NCBI GenBank assembly: GCA_965197905.1 | Contig: CBDAOB010000004.1 | Span: 1,984,001-2,048,000, forward strand | DNA length: 64,000 nucleotides | Direction: 5' to 3' | Origin: Candidatus Latescibacterota bacterium | GTDB taxonomy: Bacteria > Latescibacterota > UBA2968 > UBA8231 | In this document: positions 16,201 through 26,251 of the stretch, one piece after another | How positions within the stretch are numbered: the first letter of the stretch is position 1 | Layout of the letters: each line of letters starts with the position of its first letter | Notes under the pieces: generated by a model | The model's database searches: none | Told to the model about the DNA's origin: nothing | Seen by the model: only the letters and a program-made list of their open reading frames with translations | Program-made: the position numbers and the translations under genes

Positions 16201-19200
16201 ATGAAGCTGTCTGAAATCGCGGTTACGCGGCCCGTTACCATGGTGATGATCGCCATTTGTATGGTGGTGCTGGGCGTGGTCTCTTTGAGCCGGCTCCCCC
16301 TTGAGCAGTTACCGGCCATCTCCTCATCGGGAATCACGGTTTCGGCGGACTATCCCTCCTCTTCTCCCGAGGAGGTGGAGCGACTCATCGCCCGCCCGTT
16401 GGAAGAAACCCTTGCCACCATGGGCAATGTCGACCGTATCAATGCGACCTCCAGCCGCAACGGCGCCTCCGTCCGCGTCGATTTCGTCGCCGGCACCGAC
16501 ATGGATCTGGCGAATATGGAGATCCGCGAATACGTGGACCGTGCACGTGGTCTGCTGCCGGCGGATCTCGACCGCATCCGAATTCGGCGCTGGCAGAGTG
16601 ACCAGCGTCCCATCCTCTATATCAGCATGGCCTGGCGCGGGGGTGGAGATCGACTGCTCGATATCGTGACCAAGGTCGTCGAACCGCGGTTGCTGAGAAT
16701 CGATGGGGTCGCTAACGTCACCGTCAGAGGGGTGCAGGAAAAGCAACTGATCGTCGAACTGAACCAGAAGCAGCTCGAATCCCACGACGTGGCGCTTCCG
16801 GCCCTCGGTCGCCAACTACAGCGCAACAACATAAACGTCTCCATTGGAAGAATTCGCGATGGAGACCAGCGCTATCTGGCTAGGGCCCTGGGCGAGTTCA
16901 CCCAGACGGATGAGATCGGCAAGCTGCCGGTTCGGGGCGGCGCCTTCCGGCTTGAGGATTTGGGCGAGGTGAAATACGACTATCCGGAGAAGAGGTCGTT
17001 CGATCGGCTGAATGGGGTGGATGCCGTTACGGTCCAGGTCTACAAATCGTCCGCCGCCAACGTCGTTCAGGTAGCCACCCAGGTGCGTACCACCCTCGCC
17101 AAGATCGGAGACCAATACGGGTCCGACCTGGATGTCGAGATCGTTCGCGACCGCGCCAAGAGCGTGATGGACGAGCTCAACAATCTCAAAGATGCCGCTT
17201 TTCTCGGTGCTTTTCTGGCCGTGGGGATCATCTATCTGTTTCTGCGCAACATCCGCAGTACGCTGGTGATCGGCATCGCCATCCCTACCGCAGCCCTCTG
17301 CGTGTTTACCGGCATGTACGTCGCACGGGAGTTCTTCGAATCGACGATCACGTTAAACATGGTTTCGATGATGGGACTGATGCTCGCTGTGGGCATGCTC
17401 GTCGACCCGGCGGTTGTCTGCCTGGAGAGCATCTTTCGGCGCCGCCAGGAAGAAGGGCAGGACGCCCGGGCCGCGACCCTCACCGGAAGCAACGAGGTGG
17501 GCATGGCGGTGTTCGCTTCAGGGCTGACGACGATGTGCGTTTTTATCCCCTTCTTTTTCCTGTCCACCGGCCGCGTCTCCACTTGGATGCGCGACGCCGG
17601 AATGACCATTTGTCTGGCGATCGCCGTGTCCATGATCGTAGCCCTTACCCTGATTCCGCTGGCAACCTCGCGCCTTTTTCAGGACAAACTTGCGCGGCTG
17701 GATCCGTGGATCAAGAGAATTGTCGCGGGGGCGGCGCTGTGGTTTTTTGGGTGGAAACTACAACAGGCCGGCTGGCAAGGCAGTCTGGAGTGGGCCAGTG
17801 CCTGGGTTCACCGTCTGGCCGGCACGTTTGCGGCTATCGATTGGGTTTCCGGGGTCGTCCTGGGGGTTTCGCTGTTGACCCTTGGAGGGCTTCTGCGCCG
17901 CATGCGGAAAAACGGCATGCGGCAATCCTATGTACGCCTGCTAGGTTGGACGTTGCGCCATCGACTGACGACGTTGATGGCGAGTATCGCACTGCTGGGT
18001 AGTGGTGTCTACCTCTATCTTCAGATCGAACAACGCGGGACCCCGTGGACGCCGGAAAGACGGGTCGATATCACGGTGGAAATCGACCGCAGCTACAGTT
18101 TGGAAGAAGTAGCGGAGTTGTTTTCCACCATCGAGTCGGTAATTCTGGCCAAGAAATCGGAATTGGATATCGAATCCCTTTCCACCAATTTTCAGCAGCG
18201 GAGAGGAAGCATTACCGCCCGGCTCGTAGATGCGGACGCCGGACGGCTGACCTCCATGGAGGCCGGACGTTCCATACACAAGCTGCTACCGCCGCAGGTT
18301 GGCGTGAACTACAAGATGGGCCGCCAGCGCTCTTGGGCCGGACCGCTTCTTGGGGTTGAGGTGCAGTTGCAGGGCCCCGATCCGCAAGTGCTGGAGGTGT
18401 TGGTCGAAGAGGTGGAAACGCGTCTTGAGCGTCTGGGTCCTGTGCAGGACGTGGACAGCAGCTTGGAGGACGGGGATGAGGAGATTCTGGTGGAGATCGA
18501 TCGCGAGCAGGCGTTGGAGTACGGCCACTCACCGCGGGAGGTGGCGACCACCATCGCCACCGCATTGGGAACCCGGAGAACAAGCAGCTTCAAGGCGCCC
18601 GAGCGCGAGATCGGCATCGTTCTGCAGTTGCGCGAGGAGGATCGCGCCGATCTGGCGAACCTGCAAAACAGCAGGGTGAGCAACTCCGGGGAAAATCCGG
18701 TGCAGCTGGCTAGCCTGGCGAGCTTCACAGCGCGTAAGGGACCCAAGGATCTCAAACGGGAAGACCGACAACGAAACGTGACGGTTTTTGCCAACACCGA
18801 AAGCCGTCGTCAGGCCTTCCAGCTTATGGGCACCGGCAAGCGTCCGGGGCAGCTCACTGTCGAGATGTCGAAGATGGAGTTGCCCTCCGGTTACTCCTGG
18901 GACCTGGGTCGTTCCGCCAGATGGGCGCAACAGGACTCGCAGGAGAACAACTTCACGCTGCTATTCGCCTTGTTGCTCATCTATCTGATCATGGCGTCGC
19001 TGTTCGAATCGCTGATTCATCCGTTCACGATCATGCTGGCGATCCCGTTCTCTCTCATTGGGGTCGCCCTGGGGTTGTATGCGTTCTCCATTCCCCTGGA
19101 TAACAATGCCATTCTCGGACTCCTCATTCTTTTTGGCATCGTAGTCAACAACGGCATCGTGCTCATCGACCACATCAACCAGTACCGCCGGCAGGGCATG

Positions 19201-19479
19201 GCTCGGTACGATGCCATTATCCGCGGCGGCCAAAACCGTATGCGTCCCATTTTGATGACGGCTTTTACAACCATCCTCAACCTGATGCCGCTGGTGGTCC
19301 CCATGGTCTATGGCACCGCCGAGGGGTTCGCTCGCCGCTGGGGACCGGTCGGGTTGGTCGTCGTGTGCGGCTTGGCCAGCTCGACGGTGTTGACGTTGGT
19401 ATTTGCGCCTACGCTGTATTCGCTCACCGACGACCTTGCTCTGTGGTTGCGTCGGGTGATTCGCACCGCACGCGCGTAA
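16201..19479 (+). CDS. RND efflux permease, subunit 2
   Basis: 1092 aa; GMLVDPAVV, GIVVNNGIVLID, RMRPILMT. Confidence 0.95.
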   Translation: MKLSEIAVTRPVTMVMIAICMVVLGVVSLSRLPLEQLPAISSSGITVSADYPSSSPEEVERLIARPLEETLATMGNVDRINATSSRNGASVRVDFVAGTDMDLANMEIREYVDRARGLLPADLDRIRIRRWQSDQRPILYISMAWRGGGDRLLDIVTKVVEPRLLRIDGVANVTVRGVQEKQLIVELNQKQLESHDVALPALGRQLQRNNINVSIGRIRDGDQRYLARALGEFTQTDEIGKLPVRGGAFRLEDLGEVKYDYPEKRSFDRLNGVDAVTVQVYKSSAANVVQVATQVRTTLAKIGDQYGSDLDVEIVRDRAKSVMDELNNLKDAAFLGAFLAVGIIYLFLRNIRSTLVIGIAIPTAALCVFTGMYVAREFFESTITLNMVSMMGLMLAVGMLVDPAVVCLESIFRRRQEEGQDARAATLTGSNEVGMAVFASGLTTMCVFIPFFFLSTGRVSTWMRDAGMTICLAIAVSMIVALTLIPLATSRLFQDKLARLDPWIKRIVAGAALWFFGWKLQQAGWQGSLEWASAWVHRLAGTFAAIDWVSGVVLGVSLLTLGGLLRRMRKNGMRQSYVRLLGWTLRHRLTTLMASIALLGSGVYLYLQIEQRGTPWTPERRVDITVEIDRSYSLEEVAELFSTIESVILAKKSELDIESLSTNFQQRRGSITARLVDADAGRLTSMEAGRSIHKLLPPQVGVNYKMGRQRSWAGPLLGVEVQLQGPDPQVLEVLVEEVETRLERLGPVQDVDSSLEDGDEEILVEIDREQALEYGHSPREVATTIATALGTRRTSSFKAPEREIGIVLQLREEDRADLANLQNSRVSNSGENPVQLASLASFTARKGPKDLKREDRQRNVTVFANTESRRQAFQLMGTGKRPGQLTVEMSKMELPSGYSWDLGRSARWAQQDSQENNFTLLFALLLIYLIMASLFESLIHPFTIMLAIPFSLIGVALGLYAFSIPLDNNAILGLLILFGIVVNNGIVLIDHINQYRRQGMARYDAIIRGGQNRMRPILMTAFTTILNLMPLVVPMVYGTAEGFARRWGPVGLVVVCGLASSTVLTLVFAPTLYSLTDDLALWLRRVIRTARA

Positions 19480-19509
19480 ACCTCACCTTCAACCATCATC
19501 AGGGAAATT

Positions 19510-20868
19510 ATGCGATTAGAGCGTATCCTGGCCTTGGCTCTGTTGCTCTCGTCGGCAGCCTGGGCGAAAGTCTTAACGTTGGATGAATGTGTCGACCGAG
19601 CACTGCGTTTCAACGCCGACGTCCGCCTCGCGGAACATACCATGCAGAGGTCCGCGGCGGACGTGCGCGCCGCCCGCGCCGGTCTTCTCCCAAGCGTAAA
19701 CGTTACAGCTCTCGGGTACACCCGTTCCCGTACCGGACCCTCCATCCGCACCCAGGAAAACCCTACCGGAGAGACCGATCCGACGACCGGCCAGCGCATT
19801 TTCGCCGAGGAGGAAACCCAGATCCCGGCCATAGATCGAAACTCCTATTCCTTCAGCACGACCCTCAACCAGACCATTTTCGATGGCAACCGTCGTTTGA
19901 ATACGTGGCGCTCGGCCCGCCGCGAAGAAAAGGGTGCTGAGTGGAGTTTCAAGGGACGCCAAGCGACGGTTGCCGCCGCCGCCAAACAGGCGTACTACCA
20001 GCTGCTGAAGGCGACTGAGTTGGTCCAGGTTCAGGAGCAGGCCATGCTACTCAGCGAAAAGCGATTGGAAGAAGCCCGCGCCCGTCACCAGGTAGGCTCA
20101 GGCACCCGGGTCGATGTGTTGCGGCTCCAAGTCGCCCAGGAAAACGCGCAGGTTCAACTGTTGAATGCAGAGGAAAGCGTCGCCCTCGCACGGGCCGAGC
20201 TCAATCACATCATGGGCGAAGAGATTACCGCGAAAACCGAGATACAACCCATCGATGCCACGGCTTGGAAGGAGATCGGAAACTCGGATGACGTGGCCTC
20301 CACGCTGGCCGACGTAGAACGAAAGAATCCATCGCTGTTGGCCGTGCAGGCCGGCCTCGCCGCCGCCGAGACCAGCCTCAAAGCCACTCGGGCGGCCCGC
20401 TATCCACAACTGAACGGCAGTGTCAACTACAGCCGCAACAACGAGGTTTTCGACCGCATCTACCAGGACTTGGATCAAAACTACCGGCTAAACCTGAGAC
20501 TCACGGTTTCCTATGACATCTTCGATGGTGGGATAAAAAGCGCCAGCATCGACCGCTCTCGAGCTGCACTCGAATCGGCGCGGATCGAACTGGAAAAAGA
20601 GGAGCGCGAGCTGGCGTTGGCGGTGGAAACGGCCCGACTGGGCCATGTTCGGTTGTCCAAGGTGTTCCGCATCGCCGAACGTACCGTGGAGCTGGCGCAG
20701 CAGGATCTGCTCATGGCGGAGGAGCGCTACCGCGTCGGCAAGGGCCGTTTGCTGGAGGTCCTGGACGCCCAAGTGGGATTTATCGAAGCGAAAAACAATC
20801 TGGTCAGAAGCCGGTACGATCTCATGAACTCCCGCGCCGAGCTGCAACGTTTGCAAGGAACCTGGTAG
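19510..20868 (+). CDS. TolC-family outer-membrane efflux protein
   Basis: LTLDECVDRAL, AYYQLL, ERYRVG...LEVLDAQ; directly follows the RND genes. Confidence 0.92.
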   Translation: MRLERILALALLLSSAAWAKVLTLDECVDRALRFNADVRLAEHTMQRSAADVRAARAGLLPSVNVTALGYTRSRTGPSIRTQENPTGETDPTTGQRIFAEEETQIPAIDRNSYSFSTTLNQTIFDGNRRLNTWRSARREEKGAEWSFKGRQATVAAAAKQAYYQLLKATELVQVQEQAMLLSEKRLEEARARHQVGSGTRVDVLRLQVAQENAQVQLLNAEESVALARAELNHIMGEEITAKTEIQPIDATAWKEIGNSDDVASTLADVERKNPSLLAVQAGLAAAETSLKATRAARYPQLNGSVNYSRNNEVFDRIYQDLDQNYRLNLRLTVSYDIFDGGIKSASIDRSRAALESARIELEKEERELALAVETARLGHVRLSKVFRIAERTVELAQQDLLMAEERYRVGKGRLLEVLDAQVGFIEAKNNLVRSRYDLMNSRAELQRLQGTW

Positions 20869-20892
20869 CCCGACAACCGCACTTATTGCGAG

Positions 20893-20935
20893 ACAAAACA
20901 AAGCGGGACGACCGCCTGGCGATCGTCCCGCTCTT
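20893..20935. terminator. Intrinsic terminator between convergent genes (U-tract on the minus strand)
   Basis: Stem AGCGGGACGA/TCGTCCCGCT flanked on the left by AAAACAA. Confidence 0.7.
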
Positions 20936-20969
20936 CGCAGCTAACGGGGGGAGTCAGTTGCCAGCCGTT

Positions 20970-21761
20970 TTAGAATACGCCGTGGTCGACGAATCTAACG
21001 GTGATGGCTGCATCTGGCGAGCCGCTAACCAGTTTGAGGTTATACACCTCGGGTCCGACGAGAACCAGGGTGTGGAACGCATCTTTGCCCATCGAGGTAT
21101 CGAATTCGACGGCGCCATCGCTTTCGCGGACGATCTCGAAAACGATGTCGCTGCCGCGGATCGCCTCGATATCGAAGCAGCCAGCCGCTCGGCCTTCGGG
21201 CAAGCTGATCGCCTGGGCATTGAAACCCTCGACGTTGCAGACGGTGCGGAAAATCAGATTGCCTTCGGTCTCGGCACAGGCCTCACCCTCGGCCTGGGGT
21301 CCCATCTCGTTGGTAACCAATTCGTCGGTGCACTCAGGCGGATGAGGTTTGCCTTCCAAACCTTCATCACCTTCGCTCACGCCCATGTGCTCACCTTCGG
21401 GCGGCGGTTCTCCTTCTGGGGGCGGTTCGCCTTCGGGCGGTTCGCCTTCCGGTGGGGGCTCGCCTTCTGGGGGCGGGGCCGGCATCCACACGTCGGCGAC
21501 CCAGGCGCGCAGTTCGTCTAGGTTCAGCTCACCGTTGCCGTCGGCGTCCATCATACCGAACATGATCTCGACGACCTGGGCCTTGGCTTCCTCTGGATCT
21601 TCGGACATCTCCACATCCTCCGGCTTCTCCGTTCCTTCCGGGGGCTGCAGAATGAGCTTCGGCGGACTATCCGGCGGCGGCTCGTGGTGGTCTGCCTGGG
21701 TGAGGACTGGAAAAGCAGCCATCAATCCCAAGCATACGATTAAGGTCAGTCTCCTGATCAT
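20970..21761 (-). CDS. Secreted acidic protein with an EF-hand loop and Pro/Glu-rich repeats
   Basis: Signal peptide; DADGNGELNLDE; (P)PPEGE repeated five times. Confidence 0.7.
   Translation of the reverse strand: MIRRLTLIVCLGLMAAFPVLTQADHHEPPPDSPPKLILQPPEGTEKPEDVEMSEDPEEAKAQVVEIMFGMMDADGNGELNLDELRAWVADVWMPAPPPEGEPPPEGEPPEGEPPPEGEPPPEGEHMGVSEGDEGLEGKPHPPECTDELVTNEMGPQAEGEACAETEGNLIFRTVCNVEGFNAQAISLPEGRAAGCFDIEAIRGSDIVFEIVRESDGAVEFDTSMGKDAFHTLVLVGPEVYNLKLVSGSPDAAITVRFVDHGVF
21391..21480 (-). repeat. Intragenic 15-18 bp tandem repeats encoding PPPEGE
   Basis: Repeated CGCCTTCGGGCGGTT-like units on the + strand. Confidence 0.75.
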
Positions 21762-21927
21762 CTCAGTACTCCTCTCGATTGGGGGTGAATAAATCAGGCA
21801 AGGTTGTTTTCAAATCTCGTAACGGTTTTCAATACGGTTTAAAAAACCCTCCTTTCGACCGACATCAGATTGTGACCTGCTGGTTGGGTCGACAGGTACA
21901 ATCTACAACACCGGCCCTCACGCGGCC

Positions 21928-21966
21928 GTGAGGAATATCACCGTCAAATTGTGAGGGCCGTCACAA
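21928..21966. promoter_or_regulatory. Tandem CRP/FNR-family-like palindromic sites
   Basis: GTGA-ggaata-TCAC (21928-21941) and TTGTGA-gggccg-TCACAA (21949-21966). Confidence 0.55.
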
Positions 21967-22164
21967 TAGAAGGCCATCAAAGTACAAAACTTTGAGGGGG
22001 GCAACAACTCGAAAGTGATATCGACGCCTCTCTGGAGCAGCCGCATTCTCTCGCTCTCCGTTCCGTAACACATTGAAAAACATATCCTTAGGGGATATCA
22101 TTCGCTACCCCCAGATTGCCGGTCTCACGGCAAAACAGTAGATTTACTCAACTTCGAGGTTTAT

Positions 22165-23424
22165 ATGGAAATCTTGGGTGGACCGGTTTTTGGTGTTGCA
22201 GGTGCTGGCGAATCGCACGGCCCGGCTATTACTACGATCGTCTTCGGGTGTCCTCCGGGGCTTCGGTTGGACCGGGCTAGCATTCAATCGTATCTGAACC
22301 GGCGGCGCCCGGGAAGCAACAAGCTGGGAACTCCCCGCCGGGAAACAGACGAGGTGGTCTTACTGTCCGGCCTCTTCTCCGAGGGCAGCGAGACCCTGTT
22401 CTCTGGACCGCAACTGTCTGTAAAAAGTGAACTTGGAGATTCCTCGACCGTTTCTTACGAGAGTGGGCATACCACGGGAGAGCCGATCGCGGCGGTCGTC
22501 CTATCCGCGGCCAAACGATCGGCGGATTACGAGCAGCTCGCCGGTCCGGAAGGGGAGGTGCGTCCGGGCCACACCGATCTGGTCAAACACTTTAAGTCGA
22601 GGGGGTTCGACGATTTTCGCGGTGGAGGTCGATCCAGTTTTCGCTCGACCATTTCCGACGTGATCGGTGGTTCAGTGGCTCGCATCTACTTGGAGGAGCG
22701 CTTGGGAACGGTCATCTTCTCCTCCATCTGCCAGGTAGGCGAACTTCGCGCCGAGAAACGGCTTTCCGAGCATTGTGAAGAGCTTACCGCAGCCTCGCGA
22801 CCCATCCAACCTCAACAGCTGGCGGACATTCGGGTGCGTCTCGAAGCGTCGGAGGAGATCCAAACGTGGGACGCCGATTTTGCCGTCGCCGCTAGCGATC
22901 TGATTCGTTCGGTCCGCAGGGACGGCGATTCGCTCGGAGCAGCCGTAGAGATCGTGGCGGTAAATGTGCCCGCGCTCGTCGGCGAGCCTCTCTATCAAAG
23001 CTTGAAGCTGCGGCTCATGGGTGCGCTGGGAGGACTGCACGCGGTGCAGTCCTGCGAGGTCGGTTCGGGAAGTGAAGTCATAGCGCGAAAGGGTAGCGCC
23101 AACAATGACCCGATTCGCGCCTTAGGGTATACCAGCAACCATCATGGGGGCATGTTGGGTGGCATTACGACCGGCATGCCCATCGTTTGCCGCGTCGGGT
23201 TCAAACCAACCTCATCGATCAAACTACCGCAGGAGTCGGTGCGCAAGAATTTAGATGAGATCGAGTTTAGGTTGAAAAAGGGACGTCACGATCCTTGCGT
23301 AGGCGTACGCGCCGGTGTGACTCTGGAATCGCGACTCGCCATCGAGCTCATGAACGCGGTTTTGATGCACCAAACCAAGGACCTCGACCCCCGGGACTAC
23401 CAACTGTTTCCAGATCCTTCCTAG
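22165..23424 (+). CDS. aroC: Chorismate synthase
   Basis: GESHG, RRRPG, RPGHTD, GGGRSS, GGMLGGITTG, FKPTSSI, GRHDPC. Confidence 0.9.
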   Translation: MEILGGPVFGVAGAGESHGPAITTIVFGCPPGLRLDRASIQSYLNRRRPGSNKLGTPRRETDEVVLLSGLFSEGSETLFSGPQLSVKSELGDSSTVSYESGHTTGEPIAAVVLSAAKRSADYEQLAGPEGEVRPGHTDLVKHFKSRGFDDFRGGGRSSFRSTISDVIGGSVARIYLEERLGTVIFSSICQVGELRAEKRLSEHCEELTAASRPIQPQQLADIRVRLEASEEIQTWDADFAVAASDLIRSVRRDGDSLGAAVEIVAVNVPALVGEPLYQSLKLRLMGALGGLHAVQSCEVGSGSEVIARKGSANNDPIRALGYTSNHHGGMLGGITTGMPIVCRVGFKPTSSIKLPQESVRKNLDEIEFRLKKGRHDPCVGVRAGVTLESRLAIELMNAVLMHQTKDLDPRDYQLFPDPS

Positions 23425-23506
23425 GCCCTGACACCTTACTTTCGACCGCAGCCCGCGGCGGGTTGCATGTTTACCCTCCAGAGCTGGGCAAGCAAAGAGA
23501 AGCCGA

Positions 23507-26233
23507 GTGGCTAACGAGCTGTCTGGACGAACGATGAAACAATCCTTCGACTTCGACGAAATCGGCAGATTGCCCGAGGTTGGCGACAACGTTGCCATCG
23601 CCACCCAGGCCCTCGAGCCGGGCACCACGATCTGCCACGACGACGCAAGCTTTGAGCTCGAAAGCCATGTCATGGAAGGGCACCGTTTTGCTACCGCCCC
23701 GATCGCAGAAGGTGACTACCTGCTCTCATGGCAACTGCCCTTCGGTCGAGCGCTGCGGCGCATCAAGGCGGGCGAGTACGTGTGCAACCGCGAGATTCTG
23801 GATGCGCTCAGTGTCCGCCGGTTGGACGTTGCCCTTCCCACGGAGCCGAACTTCGAAGATTGGCACAGCGAATACGCCTTGGACCCCGCCAGCGTTCAAC
23901 TGGGGCATCAGGTGTCCTCGGCCAAGGATGTGGGGTCCTTCCAGGGTATCGTCCGCCCGGGAAACAGAGGGGTAGGGACCAGAAATTATATAGTGGTTCT
24001 AGGAACGAGCTCGCGTACGTCCGGGTTCGCCCAGCTCTTGGCCGGACGACTGCAGCAGGATGTTGAATCGTGCAAACACATTGATGGCGTCGTCCCGATC
24101 GCCCACACCGAGGGAGGGGGCGAGGCAACGCCGAACAACCTCCAGCTGGTTTTGCGCACCATGGCAGGATTAATGGTGCACCCAAACGTCGGTGCGGTGC
24201 TGGCGGTGGACAGCGGCTCCGAGGCGATCAACAACCAGCTGTTGGCGCATTTCATGGAAACCGAGAACTACCCCCTGAGGCAGGTTCCGCATCGGTTCAT
24301 GTCGTTGGATCGGACCTTCGACGAAGCGTTGGCCGCCGGTGTAGAATGCCTGCGGTCATGGATCGAGCCGGTGGACGCCCTGCACCGGTCTGAACAGTCT
24401 CTCTCCAAACTCAAGCTCGCGCTCCAATGCGGTGGGTCGGACGCTTTCTCGGGGATCTCGGGCAATCCGTTGGCCGCTTGGATTGCCATGGAAGTTATCC
24501 GCGGCGGCGGGAGCGCAAACCTCGCCGAGACCGACGAGCTGATCGGCGCGGAGCCGTACGTCCTGCAAAACGTACGCGACGTGGAGACCGCCGAGCGCTT
24601 CCTGGCCATGATCAAACGTTTCAAGACATGGTCCGCCTGGCATGGAAATTCGGCTGACTCGAATCCATCTGGTGGCAACAAGCTGCGCGGCATTTACAAC
24701 ATTGTGCTCAAATCGATCGGTGCGGCGCGGAAGCGGCATCCGTCGGTACGTCTCGACTACGCCATCAATTACGGTGAATTGATGCAGCGGCCGGGGTACT
24801 ATTTCATGGACAGTCCCGGCAACGATCTGGAAAGCATAGCAGGGCAGGTAGCGGGGGGTTGTAATCTGATCTTCTTCGTAACGGGAAATGGATCGATCAC
24901 CAATTTTCCGATCGTTCCAACGATCAAGATCGTCACGACCACCAAGCGCCATGCTATGTTATCCAAGGAGATGGATGTCAACGCCGGAGCGTTCTTGGAT
25001 GGAACGCCAATGGAGGAATTGGGACGGCAAACCCTCGACCTGTCCGTGGCAGTAGCGTCGGGTCAACGAACTTCCGGCGAAGCTGCAGGGCATGCCCAGG
25101 TGCAGCTGTGGCGCAATTGGCAGCAAAACGATGGGACACAGCTGAACGAGCTCCTGAACCCGAGGTTACCGCCCGGGCAAGCGATCCCCATTCGAAACTA
25201 CGGCTCCGCGCTAGCGCTCAAGATAGAAGCGTTGCGAACTCCACGTGGGCCTGCCCTCGATCGGATCGGTCTGGTCTTGCCCACCAGCCTGTGTTCGAGT
25301 CAGATAGCCCGCATGACGGCAGAGGCCCTAAACACCAAGGGCATCGGACGAGAGCAGGGGATCTCGCGTTTCGTCGCCCTGGTGCATACCGAAGGGTGCG
25401 GCGTCTCCAGCGGTTATGCAGAGGATCTCCAATTGCGCACGCTGGTGGGGTATCTGACCCATCCCCTGGTGCACCGAGCATTTCTGATCGAGCACGGCTG
25501 TGAAAAAACCCACAACGACTACCTCCGCATCGAGCTCGAAAAGCTCGGAAAAGACCCAGGGGACTTCGGCTGGGCAAGCATCCAGTTGGATGGAGGGATA
25601 GAGGCGGTGTTGGGAAAGGTTGAAGATTGGTTTGCTGCGGAACTTGCCGCCGAGCCGGCGGCGGAGGTGGTTGAAGCAGGACTGGAAAGCTTGAGCGTCG
25701 GCCTCCTAGGGGCCGGCAAGGTGTCCGGCGAGGCTGCCACAGCTTTGCGGCAGGTGGCCGCCAACATCGTCTCAGAAGGCGGTACCGTAATCGTTCCGGA
25801 GAACGCACCTTTTGCCTTCGTGGAGCCGTTTTCAGCGCTCTACGAGGGAGCGCAGCCACTGGCCTCGCTGGGTTACGGCATGCCGCCGCTACAGCCGGGA
25901 TTCCATCTCATGGAGACGCCCACCGAGCACTGGGTGGAAACCCTCACCGGCTTGGGTGCCGCTGGAGTAGGAACTATAGTGGCCTACATCGGCGACCAGG
26001 CCGAACAGGGACATCCGCTCGTTCCGCTTCTGCGCGTTTCCGCGGAGGCGGCCCCCGCTCGTCATTTCGAAGCAGATCTCGATCTCGTGCTCGGGCAGGA
26101 CGTCGATTCCTGGGGTGATGCGCTGCTGCGTCTTCTTGCCGATACAGCTTCACGCCGGTACCAGCCTCGGGTGCTCGCCCAACGGAACACCGACTTTCAA
26201 CTTACGCGAGGTCTGCTGGGCACCTCGGCTTAG
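23507..26233 (+). CDS. UxaA/GarD-family sugar-acid dehydratase, long duplicated form; start may be 23533
   Basis: SAF domain (DNVAIA...GHRFA), GRGVGTRNYI-like motif, LQCGGSDAFSG, NPSGGNKLRG, FMDSPGND. Confidence 0.88.
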   Translation: MANELSGRTMKQSFDFDEIGRLPEVGDNVAIATQALEPGTTICHDDASFELESHVMEGHRFATAPIAEGDYLLSWQLPFGRALRRIKAGEYVCNREILDALSVRRLDVALPTEPNFEDWHSEYALDPASVQLGHQVSSAKDVGSFQGIVRPGNRGVGTRNYIVVLGTSSRTSGFAQLLAGRLQQDVESCKHIDGVVPIAHTEGGGEATPNNLQLVLRTMAGLMVHPNVGAVLAVDSGSEAINNQLLAHFMETENYPLRQVPHRFMSLDRTFDEALAAGVECLRSWIEPVDALHRSEQSLSKLKLALQCGGSDAFSGISGNPLAAWIAMEVIRGGGSANLAETDELIGAEPYVLQNVRDVETAERFLAMIKRFKTWSAWHGNSADSNPSGGNKLRGIYNIVLKSIGAARKRHPSVRLDYAINYGELMQRPGYYFMDSPGNDLESIAGQVAGGCNLIFFVTGNGSITNFPIVPTIKIVTTTKRHAMLSKEMDVNAGAFLDGTPMEELGRQTLDLSVAVASGQRTSGEAAGHAQVQLWRNWQQNDGTQLNELLNPRLPPGQAIPIRNYGSALALKIEALRTPRGPALDRIGLVLPTSLCSSQIARMTAEALNTKGIGREQGISRFVALVHTEGCGVSSGYAEDLQLRTLVGYLTHPLVHRAFLIEHGCEKTHNDYLRIELEKLGKDPGDFGWASIQLDGGIEAVLGKVEDWFAAELAAEPAAEVVEAGLESLSVGLLGAGKVSGEAATALRQVAANIVSEGGTVIVPENAPFAFVEPFSALYEGAQPLASLGYGMPPLQPGFHLMETPTEHWVETLTGLGAAGVGTIVAYIGDQAEQGHPLVPLLRVSAEAAPARHFEADLDLVLGQDVDSWGDALLRLLADTASRRYQPRVLAQRNTDFQLTRGLLGTSA

Positions 26234-26251
26234 GCGCCGCCAGCCTTATCG

